A stretch of 64,000 nt of DNA. Origin: Botryllus schlosseri (Eukaryota). The first letter of the stretch is position 1; each line of letters begins with the position of its first letter. The notes beneath the pieces were generated by a model. That model ran no database searches. It worked only from the letters and a program-made list of their open reading frames with translations, and was not told where the DNA came from. Made by a program: the position numbers and the translations under genes. Below are positions 38,889 through 52,182 of the stretch, in pieces. The DNA lies in the NCBI GenBank assembly GCA_051294905.1, contig CM119372.1:1178001-1242000 (forward strand), given 5' to 3'.

Positions 38889-41437
38889 GTGACACCGAGA
38901 TATTTTGCTGAGTCACATATGGAGATTTGTTTATGATTGATGTTCACAGTGAAACTATGATTGACATTATTTAAAAGGAGCATCTCGGTCTTATCTGCAT
39001 TCAAGCTTAGTTTGTTTGCTTGGAGCCATCTCGACACTTTTGGGAGTTCCCTATTCACGGATGCATGCAAATCATTGCCAGTGTTGGAGGTTATGAAGAG
39101 GTGAGTATCATCAGCAAATAGGGTTGTGCGGTATAAAGATGCATTAACAATGTCGTTAATATAAATGAGGAAAAAAGTCGGTCCAAGGACTGAGCCTTGT
39201 GGGACTCCACAAGTTATATCTCTGGTATAGTCGATCTTAATGTCCCCAGTTTAACAAATTGTTTGCGATTTGCCAGGTAGCTTTCAAGTAGAGTTGCTGC
39301 AATACCCCTGATTCCATAGTGTTCTAGCTTGTATCTTAAGATTCTGTGGTTAACTGTGTCGAAAGCTTTGCGGAGGTCGATAAAAATGCTGCAGCCACTT
39401 TTTTTTGCTTGATGGTTTTGTAATAGTCACTGGCATTACTCTGGCAGTTTTCAGTGCATCTGGGAAAATGCCCAGACGTATCGACATCACATATAACATC
39501 ACCAATAATATTAAAGACTAGCTTCAGAAAGTGCGTTGGGATGAGATCGGGTCCTACTGCTTTGCTACTTTTCATTTCAGATAGTATGATGGCAACTTCT
39601 CCTTCACTTGTCGGCTCAAGAAAAATGGATTTCTGAAGGCCAGGACTCAAGTACGAGAGAAAGTCATCGGAAGAGTTTGGTATTGAAGCTGCAAGATCCG
39701 GACCAATGTTGCAAAAATACTGATTTAACTTTTCTGCTACTGCAAGCTGGTCTTTGATCATGCTGCCATTCTCGAGTAGCTCGATGTCAGCAGCACTCTT
39801 GGGAGCATTACCTTTAGTTAGGTTGATAATTTCTCCAATGGTTTTCCATGTGTTCTTGGGATCCTTGGAGCACTCTTCGAATCTTTTTTGGAAGTATGCC
39901 TTTTTGGCATTTTCTTTCATATGCGTCACTTGGTTTGCATATTTTTTGTACACTTTTTTGCCTTCGCTTGTGCCTTGCAGATAGTAGTGCTTATGCATCC
40001 AATCCCTTGTTTTGATCGCAACTAGTATGTCATGACCAATCCAGGGTTTCGATTTCAAGCGCCTTATGGAAATGAGCCAAAAGGTAGTTATCCACAAAAG
40101 CGAAAACTCCATTACGGAACCGTTAAATGCGCTTTACATGGAGAATATAGCTCATTATTTACGCAAAATATAATTCAAGCATGCAGCTATGGTCGCACTG
40201 CTGTGTCACCTCCGACTCAAAAGGTCCCAGACCCGAATCGCGATTCGATAATAATAAACCAAATTCCAACGTCCGCGTTTACAGTTGAATATCTGTATTC
40301 CTTAAAACTCATGTACAACATGCACAATCATGCACATATGCAAGACTGAATCAAAGGGAGCATAGAAATATGACAACTTATATCGTCGTTAGCGCCTCTG
40401 TTCGAGTGTTCATAATTGACCGGCCAATCATCGTATTTTGCCAGCTATTCCATTCTTCGCGAATAAAGGTGTTGCTAATACTTGCTATAATAAAACCCCT
40501 ATGATCCGTGATACAATTTATTATAAAGGGAAAAGTAAGGGCATGAGGTAACATTTTGGAAGCAGCTGACGGGTCCGGTCCACTAGCTATTTGAAGGTTC
40601 GAATCCGGCCCGCGACGCAATTTGAGTTTGTCACCCCTGCGTTAGAGTGTGATCAGATTATAGTAGACCTCCAAGGTCATATCGATGATTGCTATCCGAT
40701 ACCTATGTGTAATTGTGTATGCGTATATTCCGTATCCTCATTGCGAAATGCTGAAAGCATGTTCATCACATAGAGGCGTTACATTGGGCTCTTGCGTGTA
40801 GGACAAGGAAGCTAAATATGCGTCGGGCGACAGCCTTCGAGTCCGTTGCGTCATTGGCTATAATCAGCGATTGACCATAGCAACCTTTTGTATAGGACTT
40901 TGGTATATCTTACACGATTGTAACACATCGCCCAAGCTGCGGCTCCCTATTACATCTGGAATTTGGCATTTTGTTTCAAACTTGATGGTCTGCTTCCGTT
41001 ACAGTAATTCTGCTGATATGCGCATGCGCATAACCAAGATAAGCTTGTCGTATAATGGCTATGTGTGATTCTTCTCATTGTTTCTATTGTATTTCGAGGA
41101 TATACGGCGTCAAATATCTCTTCCTTGAGACAACAGTGCCCGGGCTTATATTTAAAATATCTCTTCCTTCAGACAAATTAGACGGGCTCCGATTCATAAG
41201 ATGCGATATATTTAATAAATCAGTTTCACGTTCGTGTAATCGTATTATTCGTATTCTCGTATTTTAAAAGGTTCATAGCTAACCAATACGGCGTATTACT
41301 ACTGCTGTTAGAATGAAGAACGCTGTGAAGTGCGTAATGATGTTGATTGTGATGGCTGGCTCAGCTAATCACATATCAGCATGTCATTCGTGGCGGCACC
41401 ATTGGAGGTAAAGGAAGAGTCGGTTACATATATACAG

Positions 41438-42099
41438 TAGGGCTCTTCAAAAATGACTTTTTTTCTCAAATCGTACTGGCTACTTGATAGAATTGTTAGG
41501 TTACCTAATTTAAGCCTACACACAAAATTTGGTTGAATTCCAGCCAGTAACCGCTTTGCTACAGGAGAGGATAGTTTATATTTATTAAATGAAAATAAAT
41601 AATAAAAATTTGAAAATTTTCTGTTCACCCCATGAAAGTGTCAGGCTGTCTATAGAAACGATCCTCGCCAAATTTGGTTCAATTCCAACCAGTGGAAGCG
41701 GAGTTATTGCCGTCGAAAAATTTGGATTTGAATAAAATAGTATTTACGGTGACCGATTGTTTGTTTATTTATTATAGTTGTGCTCACCGTAAATACTATT
41801 TTATTCAAATCCAAATTTTTCGACGGCAATAACTCCGCTTCCACTGGTTGGAATTGAACCAAATTTGGTGAGCATCGTTTCTATAGACAGCCTGACACTT
41901 TCATGGGGTGAACAGAAAATTTTCAAATTTTTCATAATTTATTTTTATATGATAAATAGAAACTTTCTTCTCCTGTAGTAAAGCGGTTACTGGCTGGAAT
42001 TGAACCAAATTTTGTGTGTAGGCTTAAATTAGGTAACCTAACAATTTTATCAAGTAGCCGGTAAGATTTGAGAAAAAAAGTCATTTTTGAAGAGCCCTA
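41438..42099. mobile_element. Palindromic hAT-type MITE
   Basis: TAGGGCTCTTCAAAA termini, TSD ATATACAG. Confidence 0.92.
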
Positions 42100-42965
42100 A
42101 TATACAGCCCCCGAAACTCAATTTGGCAGCGCCAAGTTCAACATTCACCATATATAGCCGGGATATCTAGAACTAGATATCCGTGATATATGATCCCCGC
42201 TCCCCGGGCTAGGCTCCGGATTGACCATTGACGTTGATATAGTTCATACGGTATAGTTCTTAGCATATCCCCGAATGAAAAATGTTAGAACTAATTGTAC
42301 TTTTAACATTTAATGCGGTTATTATTTGCAGAACTCATCACTACTACTACCACCACGGAGACTCTCAGCAACAGGTACAGAAAGTTTTCGATACGTTGAA
42401 ATTAGTTAATCGTGAGATTTTGGACGCCCTGTTGCTCAGTCAGTAGTTCTCAACTTGTGTACGTAAGTCATCATTTCATGTGATATGCAGTAAATTCATT
42501 TCCTTTTTGAGTAAAATTTCTGTTTTCCCAAACCATTAACTTGATTTTTTCTAATGTAGAAAATGTCTTCATCGACAACATAGTTAAATATAGTATATTT
42601 TGCTCCCCGCTTAGATCAGCATGTGGAGAAGAAACAATTTAATTTCTTTAATTAGAGGAAAAGCGCTTATACTCTTGAATTCTGGAAATGAGATATAAAA
42701 TTTTAGCATATTTGTCTGACAGGCGGTGAGAACCACCGCTCTATATAACGCACGAGTCTTTCTTGCCCATTTTAGATTTCGGAGCATGAAGATGAGATGG
42801 CTTTGACCGATATTGCCGATATGCTTTCGCCACGCTTGAAGGAGGAAATCGCGTCACAATGGGAAAACTTGAACGATGCAGTTTTTCGCGACGTCGGCTC
42901 AGAAAGCAGCGACTCAATACTCGAAAACAGAGGTTATATTTACCCATATATATAAATATCTAGAT

Positions 42966-43276
42966 CAGTGGTTCCCAACCTGGGGGGCGTGAAAGCATCT
43001 GAAGGGGGGCGCGAAGAGGTGGTCAACTGAAAAAAATTTTCTCGCTCTGCGCGATTTATCTCCAATACACACGTGTTTCTCTGTATATAGACCGAATTTG
43101 ATATTTTTAATTCTCTCATCAACAGTCATAACCTTCCATGTCATCAAACAATCTGTTATGGTTGCTAGCATCCCGGTTAGATTTTGTGATATGCCGATAA
43201 GGGGGGGGGGGGGGGGGCGCGAAATTTTTCACTATCATAAAGGGAGGCGTGTCTAAAAAAAGGTTAAGAACCACTG
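42966..43276. mobile_element. hAT (Charlie-like) MITE
   Basis: CAGTGGTTC termini, TSD ATCTAGAT. Confidence 0.85.
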
Positions 43277-43965
43277 ATCTAGATAGATAGTGATCTATAA
43301 TTGGCCTCAGAATGACTTGTGTAGTGTTTTGACTCTTATAGGTGTTTTGAAGTGATGAGATTCTTAATAAACTCAGAGTCATGACAGAAGCTTTACATAT
43401 GCCAATATAGTTATCGCCTAATATAGTTTATATGGTTTCAGATGCAAGGGAGAATGTCGACGAATACAATCGCGACCGTTAGGATCAAGTGCAAGCTTCG
43501 GTCTTCACAGTTGTCCTACTTTTTTGGAACTGTCGTGTAATAATAAACGAGAATGAAGCATACTATTTCGTAGGTATTTCCGGCGCATTCATCAGACTGA
43601 CAGAAGTTTATTTCCAAAAATTGAGAGAACCTATTACAGTATTTGAAGAGTCTGTTTGAGGTAGGCCTACCGAATTTCAGTACACAATTAAATTAAATAT
43701 CATATTCGTATTGAAATAAACCCGAATATTCCTTACATACACTCGTCATGGGCAATTGTCAGTAACTAGAAGGGAATTGAAAAGAACCTTGAATATCAGC
43801 AATCGTTTCACAAAATATGACGTCACCGGCGAGAAAGTTTGAGTAATCTAGCACGGCTTAAGTTCAACTTATTATACACGGACTCCTTTTGTTGGCTGGT
43901 GTATTTTTGATGAAAGTAGACTCAAAGGCACGTTAAGTGAAATGTTGATCAGCTACACGACGCGA

Positions 43966-44290
43966 TCATCGTTTATAATCAATTTCTAGATAGCCGCTGT
44001 CGTCATTCTGTTGTGTACCGAGCTGCGAACGTCCCTGATCAGTCTCGCATCGCTCATAGTACGAATTGTCGTAGTCATTTTCGCAACCAACTTGCACGGG
44101 AGATATCTTGGTTTCTTTCGAGACGTTGCTCGCTAGCTCGGTTGCTGAAATTCCTTTTTTCGATTTCGTAGAGTCGCCGTTAACATAAGCCTCGTATGTT
44201 GTTGAAGTCATAGAAACTTCAGCGTACGGTGAAATGGTGTTCCCATTCGTTTCGGGGTTGGCGCTGCGGCCACGGCGTTTCGTTCTATTT
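43966..44290 (-). CDS. Type-I membrane receptor-like gene, exon 7: cytoplasmic tail with ITIM-consensus motifs
   Basis: gtcag| phase 2; RNRTKRR...SPYAEV...SGYLEIDYKR*. Confidence 0.8.
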
Positions 44291-44335
44291 CTGACGCAAT
44301 TACAAGTTTTATTAGAACATTGTAATTTTCGAAAA

Positions 44336-44508
44336 TAGATTAGGACAGATAGATAGATGGATGGGGGGAGGGAGAGGGAGAGGGAGAGGGGGAGAGCGCC
44401 TAGCAGGTCAGCTGCGGATACCAGTTTTCGAGTCGGTCGGAGATCGAACCCACGAGACACGACCTACCGATCAAGAAGCCGGGAGCATCACCATTACACT
44501 ATCTCGCT
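44336..44508 (-). mobile_element. tRNA-derived SINE fragment
   Basis: Head shared with 14156-14369 (TAGTGTAATGG...GGTTCGATCT), ends in simple repeats. Confidence 0.65.
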
Positions 44509-44594
44509 CTGGATGTATGTATGATTGTATGTATGGATGGATGGATATAAAATACACAATATATGCGTTTGTAACAAGAATCTCGACTTTTTAC

Positions 44595-44754
44595 CTGATG
44601 TGGCAGAACCCACATCCCACACAGACCAGAAGAATAAAGCACCCAACTGCAGCCAATGGTATCGCAATCTTGATTGTCAAGTCTGAACTGATCATCGGCA
44701 ACGTCGTCTTGATTTCCTCGGTGGTTCCAGGTACGGTCGGCTGTGGCTTTGATT
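44595..44754 (-). CDS. Receptor-like gene, exon 6: Thr/Pro stalk plus transmembrane helix
   Basis: ctcag|...|gtaaaa, phase 1-2; IAIPLAAVGCFILLVCVGCGFC. Confidence 0.82.
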
Positions 44755-45215
44755 CTGAGTAGAGACATGAATTACATTACCGGCATATTGCACTAAATTA
44801 GGCTATAAAACTACAATTCTGTCTATTTGTCCAAATCTGGAAACGGCTAACCAGACTTGGAAAAATAGATATAATTGTAATTGTATAATTAGACTGATTA
44901 TAGCAAAATGCCGGTAATCTGATTATAATCTAATTGCGAAACGTTTCTATGCTCTGATTTTAATTCTAATCTAATGTCTGGTTTTCCTGAAAATGCAACA
45001 AGAAAACTATGTAGAGCGAAACGAGCCAAGCTCGGTGTGCAGATATTTGTCATTCTCATGTTTACGAGAATAAACTCTGATTTGCTACGAGCTGAACTCG
45101 ATTTTGTTGTGTTTATTTCTAATCAGGAATTCAATTCAATTTGCAAGCTTTTGCGAATTCTAATTTAATATCCATCAATCGATTTCATCACGAGAACAAT
45201 AAATACGGCACTTAC

Positions 45216-45389
45216 CGCGAGGGCATTTGTTGTTCGGAATGCAGGCCCCGTTGTGTCTGACGTAACCGCCCTTGCAAACGCAACCAGCAGGCGCGCAACG
45301 TCTGCGGCAGCTAACTGATCGCTGGGCGCAAGTGTCAGGGCATAACGAAGGACATGTCGCAAACTCTTCCGTTTCAGAGCTACATGGTT
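45216..45389 (-). CDS. Receptor-like gene, exon 5: TIL (trypsin inhibitor-like Cys-rich) domain
   Basis: cacag|...|gtaagt, phase 1-1. CSSETEEFATCPSLCPDTC...CRRRCAPAGCVCKGGYVRHNGACIPNNKCP has 10 Cys in TIL spacing. Confidence 0.85.
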
Positions 45390-45670
45390 CTGTGAATAAT
45401 ATTCTCTAGCGTTAGAAGCAGGCTGGGCAATAATGAGCAGGCTACCTTAAGTGATTCGAGTCTGGACCGAGTATTAGGTTGTTATAGTATATTCGAGTAT
45501 CACATATTACGACGTCGCAACAGGATGAACGATACGGGAAGTTCAAATATGTACCATTTATGCAACCACAAAGAATATAATGCCAGTTGTACATCACATT
45601 AAAGATATACAATTTGGTATTTTTTCGAACATACCTATTTCAATTGAAAAGTATATTCATATTGAAATGA

Positions 45671-45704
45671 ACCCGAATATTTTCGGCTGACACTCGTCAG
45701 GGGT
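45671..45704 (-). ncRNA. Minimal type I hammerhead ribozyme motif
   Basis: Reverse complement reads ACCC-CUGACGA-G(UGUCAGC)C-GAAA-AUAU-UC-GGGU. Confidence 0.7.
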
Positions 45705-45949
45705 AATCGTCAGCAACTATAGTAGAGAATTGGAAAGAACATTGTATATCAACAATCGTATCACAAAATATGACGTCACCAGCATGAAATTTCGTGAATG
45801 AGAGAGCATTCAATGTACTATTTTTAGGTACATTGAAAAAAAAATAGTACATTGAGTGCTCTCTAATTTCATGCTGGTGACGTCATATTTTGTGATCCCA
45901 TTGTTGATATACAATGTTCTTTCCAATTCTCTACTAGTTGCTGACGATT

Positions 45950-45983
45950 ACCCCTGACGAGTGTCAGCCGAAAATATTCGGGT
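45950..45983 (+). ncRNA. Minimal type I hammerhead ribozyme motif
   Basis: Stem I ACCC/GGGU, core CUGACGA, 1-bp stem II, GAAA, palindromic AAUAUU stem III, UUC triplet with predicted cleavage after 45979. Confidence 0.72.
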
Positions 45984-46374
45984 TCATTTCAATATGAATA
46001 TACTTTTCAATTGTATATTGAAGTTCTGTACCTCGAAGAAGCTCTTCAAATACCTATTTCATTGCACTTTGTGACAATGACGTGCGGGTGGATCACGACT
46101 TCACAGATACGTAATTTTTTATTAGTGCGTGGTTTTGTATTACATATGTTTCGTATGCAATCAGCCTTCCACAGTAGGAAATAGTATCGAGACAATAATT
46201 TCCGTTGATAAATTGTCTCTTAGTGACAAGCAGTGTGTAATTTTAGCATTCGAAAATATCGTATTTTTTCTACTCTGCTCGACTCCTAATATACACGATT
46301 ATTATAATAATAATATTCAATATTTATGTGAAAACAATTAATGCTATGGTAGTTACAGCAACTCAATTCCTCAC

Positions 46375-46578
46375 CTGCACAGTTAATGACCTTGTAATGG
46401 ATGCTAAACGTGATATATGACCATTGCACGAAGGTGACGTTCATTGGTTCTCTGTTCGAAATGGCTACATTTGCACAGGACTTATTTGCACTCGAGAACT
46501 GACATTTCGCGGCGGAAGTGGTACGCGCGTACGTGAAGCAGCCCTCCTGAATCCCATGAACTTTGCATATAGACTTCC
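46375..46578 (-). CDS. Receptor-like gene, exon 4: C-terminal part of a CUB-like domain
   Basis: aacag|...|gtgagg, phase 1-1, open frame KSICKVHG...NVTFVQWSYITFSIHYKVINCA. Confidence 0.72.
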
Positions 46579-46598
46579 CTGTTAAAACATATACCTAT

Positions 46599-49466
46599 TT
46601 GAATAGCTTCTTGAACGAGGTGCAGAATTTCAATATAACGCGATTGAGTAGTATATTCATATTGAAATGAACGCAAATAGTTCCTGTTGACACTAGTCAG
46701 GGGTAATCGTCAGCAACTCAGAATCGGAAAGAAAGAACATTCTAGATCTAGAATTTAGACCAGTGGTTCCAAACGTGGGCGATATCGCCCACCAGGAGGC
46801 GATTTTAAGAAAGAAGGAGGCGATGGTGGCGAAAATGTTAGAACGTCCTGTGAGATATAGGACATGGTACCGATGATCAAGAATTGCAAAATGATATCTG
46901 GCCCTCAAATCTCAAGTCGATGAGAGCAGATCTTTTGTTGGCTCAAGACTTTGATACAAGCTCTACCTATCGGAGATATATACATGGATGGATGGATATC
47001 CACCAATTGAAAAAATAGTTCTGAACGTTCGAAATTTGTTGCTGGAACGTATCGTCGGTCTCCACCAGGGGGGTCGGAAGGAACACGACCTGTGAACCGA
47101 TACGAGACATACACTCAAAAAGTTAAATGTTCCAACTTTTCTTGCTGTGTTAAATAATCTAAGCTACAGCAAGCAAAAAAGAATAAATAGAATAAATAAT
47201 ACGTCAAATGTTGCCATGAAATCACGTTTTGATTTAAGCACAAACTTACAAATTTGTTTGTACACTGTTCACACCACCTCTCTGTGGCGATCACGATCGC
47301 CCTCGTTTATGCTAAGACCTACCGGTCCCCCGTCATCTCCCAATCCATACCAATTTACATGTTGTGTTTGTTGGTGAGATGAATAAAAGCATACTGACTA
47401 CCGCCTTATTCCGCGCTTGTTCGTCCGCTGCGATTCTACCGACCGTGCGCATAATATCGTCAAAACCCAACAAAATCGCGCATCTTTGGCCGGAACTAGG
47501 CGCTTGAAGACGGGCGGCGTTTGCCGGCTCATGACTAAATGTGAGCATTTACGAATTTCTTTCAATCATACCGTAAAAGAAACGCGATTTTCAGGCAATG
47601 TCTGTATCGTATTCGTACATCATGATATATCATTGGCCTCACATGTACAAATTATGTATTTGAATTGAAAAAAGTCCACTTAAGGATGATATTGAATAAT
47701 AAATATGTGCCGTTATATAGCCTGGTAGAAGCACTACAGTTCACATAAAAATTATGGTAGGTTTGTTCGTGTTGAATGTTACAAAGAAAAATGAATGCGT
47801 CGATCGAAATTTATTTTATACCACCCGAAACAGAAAACATCTGTCAGAGACCCCAAAACTCATGCAGGTTCAAGTTTTTTGCATGCGAGGAAAGATTCTG
47901 CCAGCATGCAATTATAGACAAATTCACGGAGTGTAATCATGGGATTATCATAGAAAAATTTTCAAGTATTTTCGGTCCCAGTGTCAAATAGGTACCACAT
48001 CTCCCCTATTTACTACCCCGGCCAAAAATTCACGTGGAGACTGCTTATTAGGGATGGTGTGAACTTGAGGTTCACGTTCGCGTTCTGTGTGTGAACCTCG
48101 GAAATTTAGAGGTTCGCGTTCACAACAGAACCTTGGTTGGTTCTGCACTGTGAACCTTTTTCATATATTACAATTTTCACATCAATATGATATTTTTGGT
48201 TCGAATTTATTGCATTTCAACTGCGGGCCACTCTATGCATGACGCTGGCAGCATAAAAAATCAACGCAAAACGAGCATGCACCTTGACAATCTCAAAGAT
48301 TTTATTTGCTTTGTTACAAAGTTTGCACGAAATATCCACCTTCCCGTTTGTGAATATTTAGTGACTCTCTGCTGTGAGCTTGACCCGCAATCACACAACA
48401 TCACGAGCAACATGCAGTACCTGTAGTCAGCGAATGATGCTTATTCAACCAATCAATGAGATTGATATCGCTTTTTGATGTAATAAATCTAGCAGTCAAT
48501 CTTGACTTCATATGTTTATAGTATCATTAAAACAAAATCCGTGCGATTGAGGTGTTGGCTACAGCTGTATCACTTGTGGGGTAGCCGAATATCGGTACCA
48601 AATATGGAAACATGTTTTACGCTCTGCCCAATATCAATGTAGCAATAGTCAGACGCCGCATACATTGTCCGGTCTGGCGAAGGCCGTTGAGGCGTAAGCT
48701 TATATTCACTGGCAACTCCTCGTCGAAATTGTCGGCAAAGCGACGGATGATATTGATTTTATGGGAGTATCATATCATTTGACTGCCTCAGTTGATACAT
48801 TTAGCGAGGTTTCAAACGCCAATATGTATTTAAGCATTGTGTCATTATGTGGCCCGAGTCGTCGTTAGGTATCGTGTACACTGTACATGTACACATTAGT
48901 ATAGGCTATCCATTAATTGAAATGTAAGGTTGAAATTAGCAATATGACGTCACGTGACGTCATGAGGTTCACGTTCGTGTTCACACAGAACCTTTCAAAA
49001 AGGTTCACGTTCACACGAACCTGAACCTTTCGGAGGTTCACACCATCCCTACTGCTTATTCTGCATATGACGCGAAAGCTGACTAAAAAAGGTCAACTCA
49101 ACCGAAAGTAGACGCGGAAATCGGATTTCCGAGCACCTACTCGGATAAATGACCATTTTTTAGTTAGTCAATTCACCAACGATCAGAGTTAATTGAATAA
49201 ATTTCCCGTAATATATATGTCCTCTTTTTCGAATCTGTAAATATTGGGGGGGGGGGGGGGGCGGACATTTGTGACGAGCTTGGTAAGGGGGGGATGAGTC
49301 GAAAAAGGTTGGGGACCACTGATCTAGGACCAACAATCTCCATATTTTGGGATCCGATTGTTGATATATAATGTTCTTGCCAAATTTCTTCTATAGTTAC
49401 CGACGATTACCCAGACCAGTGTCAGTCGAAAATATTCGGGTTCATTTCATTATGAATATACTATTC
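46599..49466 (-). mobile_element. Older copy of the hammerhead-bearing palindromic family, expanded by nested insertions
   Basis: Same asymmetric ends, 13-bp TSD AACATATACCTAT. Contains a CAGTGGT-ended element (about 46761-49321) that itself contains 48049-49051. Confidence 0.7.
48049..49051. mobile_element. hAT-type non-autonomous element (TAGGGATGGTGTGAAC termini)
   Basis: TIR, TSD CTGCTTAT; second copy at 60790-61748. Confidence 0.9.
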
Positions 49467-50034
49467 AACATATACCTATATGAAAAAGGTCGTTGGAAAT
49501 TATTACAGAGAAATTGATATAGTCTTCATTTGTCAACCGCACAGAAATTAGAAAAGCCAGATATAAACGGGAGGCGCGATGTAACAGTTGTCTAATCCGA
49601 TCATTTTAGAGCGAAATGCCGCTAATCTAATTTTAATCTACATTGTGAAATGTTTCCAATCAATCAATTATGTGACAATTAATCAGGTTCTAATATTCTA
49701 AGCCAATTTCTGGTTTCCCGGAAAATGCTAGAGGAGAACTGTGTTGTGCGAAAAGAGCCAAAGCTCGCTGCACAGACATTGGCTATTGTCACGCTTTTTA
49801 TAATGAACTGTGATTTGACATGGGGTGAACTATGATTTAATTTCCAAGTTTTCGCGAAATCTCTAATTCTAATTGTATAATCTACTTATAATGTGTATCA
49901 ATCATTGTAATTCGAATTGGGAAAAGCTGAACAAGTGAACATCTTGACGTTGTCAAACTTAGAATCATTGCCCAGGCTGGTCCAGCAGCTTCGCTAATAT
50001 AGCAAGGCGTATGACAAACCGGTAGTCCACCCAC

Positions 50035-50175
50035 CTTTAGGTAACATCAGAAAGTTGTCTAATCTCGGAAATATCCAGCGGTGATCGCAGCTGAAGCGGA
50101 ATTCTGCGATTTGTCCTTCCGTTAGAAAGTCTTGTGGGAAGACGTAAGTCTTTCTCGAACAGAGATCGTCTGTAG
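50035..50175 (-). CDS. Receptor-like gene, exon 3: CUB-like middle
   Basis: ttttag|...|gtgggt, phase 1-1; TDDLCSRKTYVFPQDFLTEGQIAEFRFSCDHRWIFPRLDNFLMLPK. Confidence 0.68.
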
Positions 50176-50695
50176 CTAAAATAGCAGCGCACGTTGACTA
50201 TCAATTTCACTGCAACTGAAGACTTGGACAACTGTGTACATAATCATAATTGTTTAATTACCTGGAGCGAAATGCCGGTAATCTAATTTTAATCAAATTG
50301 TTGGTTTTCCTGAAAATTTTACATGAGAACTGCTGATGTATCGTGCGAAACGTGCCAAGCTCGGTGTACAGACATTTGCCATTCTCGTACTTATGAGAAT
50401 GGACTCTGGTTTGATACAAACGGAACTTGATTCAACTTCAAGTTTTCGCGAATTTAGTAATTCTAATGAAGATCTAACTTGAAATACACTGTGCATATAG
50501 CTATAATACTAATTCGAATTCAAATTTGGAACAAACTGTGTAGCTATACTTTATATTCTAATCTAATTTGGAAATACTGAATATATTCTAGTTCCAACTA
50601 AGAACGTGTTGAATTTTCGGGCGCTTGTCGATCGGATCGTATTGTACTCAAAAATATCGCATGTATCGCATATATCGATATTCGGCTGACTTTAC

Positions 50696-50755
50696 CTGTT
50701 ATTCGTCCTTTCGACGCTCTGACGGTGTCAGTACACGTCCCGGGTTGGGTATTGC
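50696..50755 (-). CDS. Receptor-like gene, exon 2: CUB-like start
   Basis: ttttaacag|...|gtaaag, phase 1-1. NTQPGTCTDTVRASKGRIT resembles the CUB start CGGxLxxxxGxIxSP. Confidence 0.65.
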
Positions 50756-50827
50756 CTGTTAAAAGAGTGTTTTGCATTTGCACACCTTATGTCATCAAGA
50801 AGGTCGAGTCTAAACGCAGGTTTTAAG

Positions 50828-51339
50828 TAGGGCTGGGCACATTGATCGAGTACTCGAATCTGAACCGAGTATTAATTTTAATGATTCGAGTCGAGCAGTA
50901 AAAGACGATTTTTTCGAGTACTGAAATTATACGCTTCTCGCAACTGAAACCTAATTTACTAACGAGAATTATAGTTTCGATACTATTTTGCTCTGAGGAA
51001 GCCTTGAAACCTTGATTGGCCGTGTCGCAGCATACGAGGCAAAGTAGAAAGCTACTAACGTTACTGGAAACAACACATTTCCGAAATCATGATCATCCCA
51101 TAACATTGCCAAGAAGCGCAATGAAGTCGTATGGTAAAATAATACCAATGAATCTTTAATGTGACGGATAACGGGCATTTTGCTCTTTGTGGTGGCATAA
51201 AAGGTACATATTTGAACTTTGATATAGTACTTTCTGTTGTGACGGCATAAGGAGTGATACTCGAATACTTGACATGACTCGAAGCATAATATGTGATTCA
51301 GAATCGAATCACTCAGGTACTCGATTTTGCCCAGCCTTA
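50828..51339 (-). mobile_element. hAT-type MITE (TAGGGCTGGGCA family)
   Basis: TIRs, TSD GTTTTAAG/GTTATAAG; an older copy follows immediately. Confidence 0.85.
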
Positions 51340-52182
51340 GTTATAAGCAGGGCTGGGGTACGATAATAATTAGAGTATAGTCGAATCTGAATCGAGTATT
51401 AATTCTAAAGACTAGAGCCGAGTATTGAGAGAGATTTCTTCGAGTACTATGATCATTGATCATACGCTCCATTGTCACCAAGAGTTAATTTATCAACGGG
51501 GATTATAGTTTCGATACTATTATCTTGAAACCACCATTCGTCGTATGACAGCATACGAAACATGTAGTACAAAGTTACGCACGTTAGTGAACATGACACA
51601 TCTGCGAAATCGTGAGCAGCCTACAATATTGTCACAGAGTGCTATGTAATAGGTAGGCCTACCGTCGACAAAAAATGTTAAGTTAGAATGTCATATCACT
51701 ATTCTTTGTGATCGCAGGAAAGGTATGGTTAAGGGGTGGGCAGCCTTTGATTGCGGCTCTTTAATAATCGCACATGCGTTTCGCCATTTTGCTAGAGAGG
51801 TTTAACCTGATTATAAATTGATGTATTTTATCGCGTATTGTTTTCGTCTTGTTTCTTTCCTTATGGTATACGCAAGACTTGTAGGGGTAGGTGGCACTAC
51901 AGGGTTAAAAATTTGCAATTGAACTCTCGAATGAATTCACATAAACGTCTCGCCCGCAACAAGGGACGCCTGGTCAATAGGGTCGTTCAAAATTAACTTT
52001 TTTTTCTGGATTCCAGCCATTCAGGCATTAAATTGTCAGGTTACCCTAAAAATCGCTGCGCACCAAATTTGGTTCAATTCTAACAAGTATAAGGCTCCGC
52101 AGATCCAACTTTTGGTGTTGCATGGTATTCCTGATGGCTTTTTAGTATGGTTGATAATTGTTAAGGTTAAAAGCCTCATACT

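Larger units (their letters stand above)
31791..40060 (-). mobile_element. 5'-truncated CR1/L2-group LINE ORF2 with nested insertions and a (CT)n tail
   Basis: KSKPWIGHDIL..., AEKLNQYFCNIGPDLA, GVPQGSVLGP, FADDTHL, KYLGVT|IDAKMSWK, HSHLQYG, YSGPIIWNALP. Pieces join across the TSDs of 36968-38888 and 32563-36844. Confidence 0.88.
45643..46049 (+). mobile_element. Palindromic Penelope-like non-autonomous element (inverted pLTR-like arms plus ~40-nt tail)
   Basis: Asymmetric inverted arms, 12-bp TSD ATACCTATTTCA inside a host MITE whose other copies carry the site once, hammerhead motif in each arm. Confidence 0.75.

Noticed and set aside
44291..44460. N-terminal part of ORF 43966-44460
   Set aside because: Read-through of a SINE and microsatellite in the intron; the real exon starts at the acceptor at 44290.
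46905..47548. Possible additional receptor exons (ORFs 46905-47114 and 47333-47548)
   Set aside because: They lie within nested elements bounded by the 46586/49467 TSD, have weak splice sites and no recognisable domain; the gene model is in frame without them.
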